The position numbers and the translations under genes are program-made. Positions 25,687 to 33,615 of a stretch of DNA of 64,000 nucleotides are shown here, one piece after another; the first letter of the stretch is position 1, and each line of letters begins with the position of its first letter. The stretch covers positions 1,331 through 65,330 of the forward strand of contig JAOACP010000002.1 of the NCBI GenBank assembly GCA_026417795.1, in the 5' to 3' direction. Below the pieces are notes generated by a model. That model had not been told where the DNA came from and ran no database searches. It worked only from the letters and a program-made list of their open reading frames with translations. Source of the stretch: Thermanaerothrix sp. GTDB taxonomy: Bacteria > Synergistota > Synergistia > Synergistales > Synergistaceae.

Positions 25687-28352
25687 AGGTCTTCGTCATC
25701 GCCCCTGGGTCCCTGGCGCCTAAGGGGCAGGAGCTAGCCCGTCTTACGGGTTTTGAGCTGTTCGACCCCGAAAAGGGGGTCATGGAGGCCACAAGGGCCC
25801 TTTGGGACAGGGCTGATGGGCTTGTGTTCCTTGGAGCTCTTCCCATAGCGGTGCGGGCCGTGTCGGGTCTTCTAAGGGACAAGGCCCAGGACCCGGCGGT
25901 GCTCTGCGTCACCGAGGACCTGTCGTCGGTTTTAGTGGTTGCGGGGGGGCACCTTGGGGGCGGCACGGACCTGGCCCTTAGGGTGAGCCAAGCCACGGGA
26001 GCGGACTGGATACCCACCACCGCCACGGACCGGCGGCGCCTCATGGCCCCGGACCGGTGGGCCCGGCGGCACGGGCTTTTTCTGCTGAACAAGGATAACC
26101 TGCCTTCCGCCATAAACCGCCTTCTGTCCAGCGGCTCCCTTCGATGGTGGCTGGACCCGCTTCTGCCCCCTCCGCCCCTTCCGAAGGGGGCGGAAATTAC
26201 GGCGGACCCCAGCTCCGCCCAAGTTCTCTACACCATACGAGACCTTCGAAGCCAGTGCCCCGGCGGGGTTTTTCTCGTACCCCGCTGCCTTTGCGCCGGC
26301 GTGGGGTTCAGACGGGATGCGGAAGAAGACCGTATACGGGACGGAATCCTTGGGGCCCTGGCCTCCCATCCGGAGGGGCCCTTCCTTCGGGATGCGCTGC
26401 TTGAGATCGGCACCTGGGAGGGGAAGGAGGGCTCCCAGGGGCTCTCCCAGGCGGCAAGGGACCTCGGCTGCCATGTCAGGTTCTTCAGCCCCCAGGAAAT
26501 CCGGCGGATTTCAAAGGATCTAAACCTCGCGGAATCGGCGGCGAAGCGTCACCTGGATCTACCCGGCGTGGCGGAGCCCTGCGGGGCCCTCATGGGACGT
26601 CCTCTGGGGAAGAGGATCGTTAATAACCAAGTGACCGTGGCGCTGTCCTTGTCTTACGTCCGCTTCCGGGGCGGCCTTTCGGTGGTGGGCATAGGCCCAG
26701 GACACCGGGACCACATGACCCTTGGGGCCGCAAGGGAGCTTGAGGAGTGCGACGTCATCGTGGGCTACTCCCTATACGTGGACCTGCTGCCCAAGAGCTT
26801 AAGGGAAGCGAAGCTGGTGGAGTCCTACCGCATGGGTGAGGAGGAGGCCCGGGTGATCCGGGCGGTGGAGCTGGCCCTTGGAGGTTACCGGGTGGCGCTG
26901 GTGTGCGGAGGCGATCCGGTGCTCTTCGGCCTTGGGGCCTTAGCCTCCCGGCACTGGGCCTCCGCTTCGAAGGGGCAGGAGTCCGCGCCCTTCAGGATAT
27001 TCCCCGGCGTGTCCGCCGCCCAGGGGGCCGCTAGTTTAATAGGCCCCTACTACACCAACGGGCTCTGCATGGTGTCCCTATCGGACTACCTGCAGGAGTG
27101 GGGGGCGGTGGTGCAAGCCATGGAGAGCGCCTCCCGGTCGGGGCTTTCGGTGGCGCTGTACAACCCCGTGTCCCGGGACAAGGAGGCGAAGCTCGCGGAG
27201 GTCCGCCGGGTCTTCCATGGCCGCACCGCCCTGGTGTGCCGGGACATATCAAGGCCCGGGGAGTCGGCTGAGGAGGTCCTAGCGGAGGACCTGTCCCCCG
27301 AAGAGGTGGACATGAGGTCCTTGATCGTCTTCCCCGGCAAGTGCTGCGCGAAGGGGTCCGACGGGGTATGGCGGGACATGCGGGGATACGGCAGCGAGAC
27401 ACAAGATCCAAGGGGCGGCGTCTTCCATGAACCTGGGCCGTCAAAGGGCAAAACACGCCCCATGGAATCCGGCGGGGCGGTTCTTTCAAGGCCGATGGTC
27501 GGCGACGGCAAGTTGCGCCTTGAGGGGCTTGATGGGATTGAGGCGCTCATCTTAGGCGGCACCGGCGAGGGAAAGGAAACGGCGGAGAAGCTGATCTCCT
27601 CTGGCTTTAAGGTGGCGGTGTCGGTGGCCTTTGAGACGGGGCTTCACGTGGTGCCACAAGGTGCGTACCCGCTGGTGGGGCGCCGCAGCGCCGAGGACTG
27701 GGAGCGTGTGATGAAGGGAATGCGGGGGCTTAAGGTTGCGGTGGATTGCGCGCACCCCTTCGCGGAGGAGGCCCGGCGGAACTTCCGCGTAGCGGCGGAA
27801 AGGCTTGGCATACCGCTGGTGAGGATAAGCCGTCCGGTTAAGGTGCCGGAAGGGGCCGTGCCGGTTACAAGCTACGAGGAGATGGGCAAGAAGCTTTTGG
27901 AGCTCACCAACCTGTGTGACACGGTGTTCCTGTCCTTCGGGGTGAGGGGTTTAAGGGTCGTGGTTCCGGTTTTGAAGGAAGCGGGCCGGTTGGTCTTGGC
28001 CCGAGTGCTTCCAACGGAGGAGAGCCTTAGAGAGGCCGCCGCCTCGGGTCTTGGGCCGAAGGAGATAATATGCTCCTGGGGGCCCATGGGATACGATTGG
28101 GAGGTTGGGATACTCCGGGGGATCAACGCCAAGGCCGCGGCGGCTAAGGCAAGCGGTGACGCCTCTGGTGTGCCGGATAAGCTAAAGGCCTGCGGGGAGC
28201 TTGGCATACCGCTGGTGCTGCTGTGCCCGCCCATGGAAGATGAGTTTTTGCTGGAAAAGAGTTTAAAAATAGAAAAACACTTGGACAAACAAAAACAAAG
28301 TATCCTTGCATATCTGATATTAAAAGTTAACAAGCACCAAAATAAGGTTTAA
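25683..28352 (+). CDS. cbiGHJ: Triple fusion: CbiG (cobalt-precorrin-5A hydrolase) + CbiH (cobalt-precorrin-3 C17-methyltransferase) + CbiJ (cobalt-precorrin-6A reductase)
   Basis: CbiG: LVFLGALPIAVRAV...VVAGGHLGGGTDLA...CAGVGFRRD...PGVAEPCGAL. CbiH from about 26670: LSVVGIGPGHRDHMTLGA...VCGGDPVLFG...PGVSAAQ. CbiJ from about 27537: ALILGGTGEGKETAEKL...DCAHPFAEE...ELGIPLVLL. Start is TTG 25683 (TTGA overlap with cbiF) or ATG 25662. Confidence 0.8.
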   Translation: MKVFVIAPGSLAPKGQELARLTGFELFDPEKGVMEATRALWDRADGLVFLGALPIAVRAVSGLLRDKAQDPAVLCVTEDLSSVLVVAGGHLGGGTDLALRVSQATGADWIPTTATDRRRLMAPDRWARRHGLFLLNKDNLPSAINRLLSSGSLRWWLDPLLPPPPLPKGAEITADPSSAQVLYTIRDLRSQCPGGVFLVPRCLCAGVGFRRDAEEDRIRDGILGALASHPEGPFLRDALLEIGTWEGKEGSQGLSQAARDLGCHVRFFSPQEIRRISKDLNLAESAAKRHLDLPGVAEPCGALMGRPLGKRIVNNQVTVALSLSYVRFRGGLSVVGIGPGHRDHMTLGAARELEECDVIVGYSLYVDLLPKSLREAKLVESYRMGEEEARVIRAVELALGGYRVALVCGGDPVLFGLGALASRHWASASKGQESAPFRIFPGVSAAQGAASLIGPYYTNGLCMVSLSDYLQEWGAVVQAMESASRSGLSVALYNPVSRDKEAKLAEVRRVFHGRTALVCRDISRPGESAEEVLAEDLSPEEVDMRSLIVFPGKCCAKGSDGVWRDMRGYGSETQDPRGGVFHEPGPSKGKTRPMESGGAVLSRPMVGDGKLRLEGLDGIEALILGGTGEGKETAEKLISSGFKVAVSVAFETGLHVVPQGAYPLVGRRSAEDWERVMKGMRGLKVAVDCAHPFAEEARRNFRVAAERLGIPLVRISRPVKVPEGAVPVTSYEEMGKKLLELTNLCDTVFLSFGVRGLRVVVPVLKEAGRLVLARVLPTEESLREAAASGLGPKEIICSWGPMGYDWEVGILRGINAKAAAAKASGDASGVPDKLKACGELGIPLVLLCPPMEDEFLLEKSLKIEKHLDKQKQSILAYLILKVNKHQNKV

Positions 28353-29460
28353 GCTCTATTAATCCCGATAAATCAAGCTTATTTACTGCCACATAAAATC
28401 CAATCCAAGTTATATAAGATCCATAAAGCAAAGCTCAAGAGAGCAAGGCAAGGAACTAATATAAACATACCGAAAAATTATAAACAAAAGCGATCAGATT
28501 CAATTTATGTGCTATCCGCCTCTAAAGCAACCCATTTCAGCTAAAATGCCGCTTCAACAAGCTATCAACATACGTATAAAAATTCTGCCTAAAAACATGG
28601 GTAGCAAAGCGTTCCGCATTGTTGCGACAGTATATAGGAACAATACAACCACTAAGCCGTTCAAAGCGCCTGACTGCTCGCACAATAGCATCTGTGGTCT
28701 GAGTAGCAAACAAAACCCCCGTAGGGCGTTCGTTGCTATCTACATCCAATACCGTTTCTGTCACACCTCCCCTGCCATAGGCAATGACCGGCGTACCACA
28801 GGCCTGCGCCTCAACAGGAATAATGCCGAAATCCTCTTCTGCAGCAAAGATAAATGCCTTAGCTAGTTGCATATAATCTCGCAAAACTTCAAACGGCTGA
28901 TAACCTAAAAGCTCGACATTTATACCGCTAGCCGCCAAGAAAAATATATAAACAAAGGACATGCCAAAGCAAACACGCCAATGCAACCCAAATGGCAAAA
29001 TGGTAGGGAACACCCTCGGCAACACAGCACCCCAAAACCATGCAGAAAAAACCAAAGAGGCAAGAGCGGCGAAATAGTCCACGGCAAAAAAGAACAGCAA
29101 AGCCACAAAGCTGTCCAAACTCACAGCGCCGAACAGGGAACGCAATGACCTAAGCCAAGGCTTAAAAAAACATAACCCTGCCCTCATCCCAACAAGCAGC
29201 CTCCCCCATCCCACGCTCAAATTAAGGGCTGCGCAAACACAACCCCAACTAATACGCCATCAATTATAAATAATACCACCAAAAGCCCCGAGACGCAGAC
29301 GAGGAGCCAAGCCAGTTTATTGCTAATAAATTGGTTCTCAATCCAACAAAACATCCGCCACTCTACAAACCAATGCAATACCAGATCTTGTAATCCAGGT
29401 TAACAAGAATTATCATCCATATTGTCTTAGAACATCCAACAAAATATATCCCTATAACAT
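28235..29460. other. AT-rich insertion between the two cbi/hem blocks (compositional island)
   Basis: Abrupt visible drop in G+C starting within the last ~40 codons of cbiGHJ and ending at the 5' edge of riboswitch copy 2. Contains only gene remnants. Confidence 0.7.
28537..29354 (-). pseudogene. Decayed polysaccharide genes: frameshifted hydrophobic (Wzy/ligase-like?) fragment joined to the C-terminal third of a GT4 glycosyltransferase
   Basis: C-terminal ~120 aa carry the GT4 EX7E region (EEDFGIIPVEAQACGTPVIAYGRGG), but the ~250-aa N-terminal GT domain is absent. Upstream part is hydrophobic. A 45-aa hydrophobic frame (29217..29354) ends where the 227-aa ORF begins in another frame. Confidence 0.6.
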
Positions 29461-29588
29461 TTCGGGGAAGTCCGGTGAAGATCCGGCGCGGCCCCGCCAC
29501 TGTGAGCCCGACGAAACCGCCGTACCACTGGGAACCACACACCTGGGAAGGGGCGGAGGTAGGATGAAGGCGAGCCAGGATACCCGAA
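29461..29588 (+). promoter_or_regulatory. Cobalamin (B12) riboswitch, copy 2
   Basis: GGGAAGTCCGGTGAAGATCCGGCGCGGCCCCGCCACTGTGA core. Candidate P1 TTCGGG(29461)/CCCGAA(29583). Shares identical 37-nt and 38-nt blocks with copy 1. Upstream of cbiL. Confidence 0.9.
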
Positions 29589-29729
29589 GAACCTCTTAAG
29601 ATAGATCCCGCGGAGCCCTCGAGGGGGGGATCCCGGGCACCTCTCCCTGTCCACCCGCAAGGAGGCCAAGGTGCCCCATCTACCCTCAAGCTCCGGCGGC
29701 GCTTCGCAAACCAGGACGGGGGGATTCAG

Positions 29730-30416
29730 TTGATACTTTACGGCGTAGGACTTGGACCGGGGGACCGGGGGCTGGTGCCCCTAAAGGCCCTCGAGATCCT
29801 TAAAAGATCCCAAGCGGTGTTCGAGCCCGTCTCCGCCCAGGGACGCTCCAGCGTGGCGGGGCAGATGGCAAGGGACCTGGTGGAAGGCCTTAACACAATA
29901 CCCATCCTCTTCCCCATGACCGGCTGCGACGGCGAGCTTCGAAGGGCGGTGCGGGAGTCCCTTGGCTCCTCAAAGCACCTATGGCAGCACGCGGAAACGG
30001 CCGCCATGCCGGTCATTGGGGACTCCACCCTTTACGCCACGGTGCACACCCTTTACCAGGAGCTCTCGTCCATGACAAACGTGGAGCTACGTCTAATCCC
30101 GGGCATATCGGCCCACTCCGCCGCCGCCGCCCTCTTGGGGCGCTTCATCGGCATGAGGGAACAAGTGTTCTCGGTGGTCCCAGGATCCGCGGGGCCCGAA
30201 AGGGTCATCCAGGCCCTTAAGTCTTGCCAGTGCGCCGCCCTTTACAAGCCCTCCGCCCTGGGGGACAAACTGCCCCTGGTGGTTTCCGCCTCGGGCCCTT
30301 GGGAAAAGCTTGCTCGGGTCCACAGGGTGGGGCTTGAGGGGGAGTCGGTGGTGGAAGGGGAAGCTGCCATGGAACCCACCGACGACTACCTGGCGGTGAT
30401 GCTCCTTTGGAGATAA
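29730..30416 (+). CDS. cbiL: Cobalt-factor II (precorrin-2) C20-methyltransferase
   Basis: Tetrapyrrole methylase, ILYGVGLGPGDRGLVPLKALEIL. Assigned to CbiL by N-terminal pattern and because CbiF/H/E and CobA are accounted for. TTG start. Confidence 0.75.
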   Translation: MILYGVGLGPGDRGLVPLKALEILKRSQAVFEPVSAQGRSSVAGQMARDLVEGLNTIPILFPMTGCDGELRRAVRESLGSSKHLWQHAETAAMPVIGDSTLYATVHTLYQELSSMTNVELRLIPGISAHSAAAALLGRFIGMREQVFSVVPGSAGPERVIQALKSCQCAALYKPSALGDKLPLVVSASGPWEKLARVHRVGLEGESVVEGEAAMEPTDDYLAVMLLWR

Positions 30417-31327
30417 GGGGCCTCCTCTGGGCGGAAGCTAAGCTCACCGTCAGCATCCTGGCAGGAGCCGTGGCGGGGGAAGCCATGGTGAGGCTAAAGG
30501 TCACCGACGCCCTGTTCCGCCCGATCGAACGGCTTTTGTCAAACTGCCGAATAAACCGCCACGCCCTCTCCGCCATGGCGGTCTCCGTGGCAAGCCCAAG
30601 GGTGGGGGCCGCCATGCTCGCCTCCGCCCACGGCGAGGGGCAGATAACCAGGGAGGACGCGGTCTTCGGCACCTTGTGCCTTGCATTTCCGGCGTACATC
30701 AAGCGATGGATCGCCACCGCCCCGGTGGCGATAGGCATCGCAGGGTCCCTGGGGCTCATATACTCCACGGTGCTCATCGCAAGGAGCGCATTACGCTTTC
30801 TCCTGTGCCTTGGGCTCCTCGTAAAGCGCGGCTCCGGAGGCCCCGTTGAAAGCACATCCCCCCAACAGTCCGCCATGGGATCCCGCGCCATTCCATCCGC
30901 CAGCCACTGGGGGCTTATCATGGCCACCCTGCGGTCGCTGCCCATGGCCTGGGGCTTCTTCGGGCTTACGTTCTTCCTCATGCCCCGGCTGGAGTCCGCG
31001 GCCCTCAGGCTCCTAAACGGCGCCGTATCCCCTTCGGCCCTCACGGTCATAACCTCCGCCCTGGTGCACAGCTCCGCGTCGCTGGCATCCGCCGACGGGG
31101 CCCTGTCGGCGGGGCTCATCTCCCCCGCGGGGGCCCTCTTGGCGCTGCTCATGGGCAACTGCTTGGGCACCTTCACCCGGGTGCTGCGCCAAAACATGGG
31201 CTACTGGGTGGGGATCTTCCCATCGGAGGTTCTAAAGCCCCTGGCCATATGGCACATGGGTACCCTGCTGCTATTCGAATTCCTCTCCATAGCCCTTGCG
31301 GGGCTTTGGTGGTGGTGCTGCCCATGA
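30407..31327 (+). CDS. Polytopic membrane protein of unknown function (possibly nucleoside-recognition/Gate-domain-like) inside the B12-riboswitch operon
   Basis: Multiple hydrophobic segments. Overlaps the cbiL end (TTG 30407; alternative ATG 30485) and shares an ATGA overlap with hemA. No catalytic motifs recognised. Confidence 0.6.
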   Translation: MEIRGLLWAEAKLTVSILAGAVAGEAMVRLKVTDALFRPIERLLSNCRINRHALSAMAVSVASPRVGAAMLASAHGEGQITREDAVFGTLCLAFPAYIKRWIATAPVAIGIAGSLGLIYSTVLIARSALRFLLCLGLLVKRGSGGPVESTSPQQSAMGSRAIPSASHWGLIMATLRSLPMAWGFFGLTFFLMPRLESAALRLLNGAVSPSALTVITSALVHSSASLASADGALSAGLISPAGALLALLMGNCLGTFTRVLRQNMGYWVGIFPSEVLKPLAIWHMGTLLLFEFLSIALAGLWWWCCP

Positions 31328-32193
31328 CCTACCTTACCATGGCGGTTATGCCTTTTCTTCCCGCCGACGCCCTGGAGCACGTACACATAAAAACCTGCTG
31401 GCGAGACGAGTTCTACCTGGTGCTTCCGGCGGAAAGCCTAAATCCCCATCGTAGGACACAGGTCCTGGACGAGGGTCGCAGCGGGGCCCTGCGGCTCCTT
31501 CGCACCCTGCTTGGGCTCAACAGCTTCGCGGTGGGGGAGTCCCACATAGTGCGGCAAATCAAGGACTGCTACGCCGCCTCCGAGGCCTCCTGCGGCCCTG
31601 TCCTGCACAGGCTTTTTCAAAGCTCCTTCCGGGTCTCAAGGGCCTTAAGGGCTGCGCTGCACCCGGGAAGAGCCCCGTCCATACCGTACCTTGCGGCATC
31701 CATCATGAAGGAACACCCCAAGTGGCCCCATGTATCCTGCCTTGTGGCGGGCATGGGTGAGATGGGACGGGAGACCTGCAAGGTGCTATCCTACTTAGGC
31801 GCGTCGGTGGCCTGCACGTCCCGCTCCTCCCCTCCCCCGCCGGGATTTAGGTCCTTGCGGTGGCAGGACCTTCCCTCAGGGGCTAAGTGTTTTCACGGGG
31901 TGTTCCTCTGCACATCATCCCCAAAGCCGGTGCTGCGGGAAGAACACATGGAGGGAAGCGGGGCCTGGGTGGTGGACCTGGGGTCTCCTCCGCAGGGTAA
32001 GATGGGCCGGGGCTACCGCTACTTTGGGATAGGGGAGATAGCCCAAAGGGCCCAGGCGTTGCTGGCGGACTACCGGGAAGAGCTCAAGGGCCTGGAGAAA
32101 GCGGCGGAAGACGCGGCGGCTATGCTGTGGGCGGAGCTCACCGACCGCTTCCCGGACCTTGCGGCGCAGGCGGACATCATACACAATCGTTAA
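31324..32193 (+). CDS. hemA: Glutamyl-tRNA reductase, compact/divergent form (289 aa)
   Basis: Catalytic Cys context KTCWRDEFY (family TCNR), GLNSFAVGESHIVRQIK, NADPH loop VAGMGEMG. Lacks the usual C-terminal dimerisation domain length. Confidence 0.7.
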   Translation: MTYLTMAVMPFLPADALEHVHIKTCWRDEFYLVLPAESLNPHRRTQVLDEGRSGALRLLRTLLGLNSFAVGESHIVRQIKDCYAASEASCGPVLHRLFQSSFRVSRALRAALHPGRAPSIPYLAASIMKEHPKWPHVSCLVAGMGEMGRETCKVLSYLGASVACTSRSSPPPPGFRSLRWQDLPSGAKCFHGVFLCTSSPKPVLREEHMEGSGAWVVDLGSPPQGKMGRGYRYFGIGEIAQRAQALLADYREELKGLEKAAEDAAAMLWAELTDRFPDLAAQADIIHNR

Positions 32194-32209
32194 AACTGGG
32201 GGTATTCAC

Positions 32210-32671
32210 ATGACCTTCGGCCCCATGGTGGCCTTAAGACTGGACGAGCCGGTGCTCGTGGTTGGAGCCGGCCCGGTGGGATACAGGAAGACCTGCAGCC
32301 TGCTGGACGGCGGCGCCTCGGTGACGGCGGTCTCCTTAAACTTCTGCCCAGAGATGAAGGACCTCATCTCAAAGGGCGTCATATCCGGCGAGGAGCGGCC
32401 GGTTCAGCGGCAGGACTTCGAGCGCTTCCGGTTCGCGGTGCTGGCGCTGCCGCCGGATAAGACAAGGGCGGCCCTTGAGCTCCGGGAGGGCACCGGGTGT
32501 CTTGTGTGCTGCTGTTCCCTGCCGGAGCTGGGGGACTTCGCATTAGCGGCCCAGTGGAACCACGGGAACTTTCGGGTAGGCATCTCCAGCGGCGGCACCG
32601 ATCCCGCCGGGGCGGCGAAGCTAAAGGCACTGCTCAAGGCCTTCCTGGAGGGGAAGAGGCTCAGGAGATGA
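32210..32671 (+). CDS. sirC: Precorrin-2 dehydrogenase (SirC/Met8 N-terminal-domain type)
   Basis: Rossmann VLVVGAGPVGYRK ... ISSGGTDPAGAAKLK, typical of siroheme-synthase N-terminal domain proteins. Confidence 0.7.
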   Translation: MTFGPMVALRLDEPVLVVGAGPVGYRKTCSLLDGGASVTAVSLNFCPEMKDLISKGVISGEERPVQRQDFERFRFAVLALPPDKTRAALELREGTGCLVCCCSLPELGDFALAAQWNHGNFRVGISSGGTDPAGAAKLKALLKAFLEGKRLRR

Positions 32672-33615
32672 GCCGGTTTACGCTGCTCACCCGATCAAGC
32701 CCCCTGGCCATGGCCCAGGCGGCGATGTGGCGCCGACGCCTTGAGGAGGCTGGACACTCGGTGAGGCTCGTCACCGCCTCCACCCACGGGGACCGGGACC
32801 GGAAGCGGCACCTGGCGTGCTTCGGCGGCTTCGGGGCCTTCGTCAAGGCCCTGGAGGAGAGGCTCTTAAACGGGGAGGCCCACGGGGCGGTCCACAGCCT
32901 CAAGGACGTGCCGTCGGAGCAGCCCCAGGGGCTTAGGATAGCGGCGGTCCTTGCCCGGGGTCCCCGGGAGGACGTGCTGGTGACCCGGGAGGGCATATGC
33001 CTTGAGGAGCTGCCGGAAGGGGCATCGGTGGGCACGTCAAGCCTCCGGAGGACCGCCCAGATACTGCGGGCCCGAAAGGACCTCAAGGTCCTCTGCTGCC
33101 GGGGCAACGTGCACTCAAGGCTCAGGAAGCTGGAGGAGGGGCGCTTCGACGCCATAGTGCTGGCCAAGGCGGGCCTTGAAAGGCTCGGGATAAAGGCGCC
33201 ATACCGGGAGCTTCCGTTCATAACGTCCCCAGCCCAGGGGGCGGTGGCGCTGGAGGCCTTGGAGGGGTCCTTTCTCTTCCAGGAGGCGGTACGGCTGGGA
33301 GACCGGGAGAGTTGGCTTGAGATCACGGCGGAACGGGAGTTTTTAAAGGCCTTCGGCATGGGGTGCGCGGTTCCCGTGGCGGCATCCGCAAGGCTGGAGG
33401 GGGAATTCATGACCTTTGAAGCGGAGATACTGTCCCCCCAAGGAACCTCCGGGTCTTGCGTAAAGATCGTCCACAGGGTCCACCATGAGGAGTCGGCGGC
33501 AGAGGTGGGCAAGCTGGCGTGGCTTGAGATCAAGGACTCCCCCGAGGCCCGGCGGATCCTGCAGGAGGCCTCGGCCAGGGGCGCCGCGGCCGCCGAAGGG
33601 GTGTGCGGCCCATGA
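32668..33615 (+). CDS. hemC: Porphobilinogen deaminase (hydroxymethylbilane synthase)
   Basis: LLTRSSPLAMAQA, VHSLKDVP, RGNVHSRLRKLEEGRFDAIVLAKAGLERLG. ATGA overlap with sirC. Confidence 0.9.
   Translation: MSRFTLLTRSSPLAMAQAAMWRRRLEEAGHSVRLVTASTHGDRDRKRHLACFGGFGAFVKALEERLLNGEAHGAVHSLKDVPSEQPQGLRIAAVLARGPREDVLVTREGICLEELPEGASVGTSSLRRTAQILRARKDLKVLCCRGNVHSRLRKLEEGRFDAIVLAKAGLERLGIKAPYRELPFITSPAQGAVALEALEGSFLFQEAVRLGDRESWLEITAEREFLKAFGMGCAVPVAASARLEGEFMTFEAEILSPQGTSGSCVKIVHRVHHEESAAEVGKLAWLEIKDSPEARRILQEASARGAAAAEGVCGP

Noticed and set aside
28507-28866. 119-aa plus-strand ORF in the AT-rich insertion
   Set aside because: It lies antisense to the glycosyltransferase remnant, which has the recognisable EX7E motif. 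It has no motifs of its own.
30217-31197. 326-aa ORF antisense to the membrane protein gene in the cbiL-hemA operon
   Set aside because: A/P/R/S-rich low complexity. The plus-strand frame gives coherent TM segments and is translationally coupled to its neighbours.
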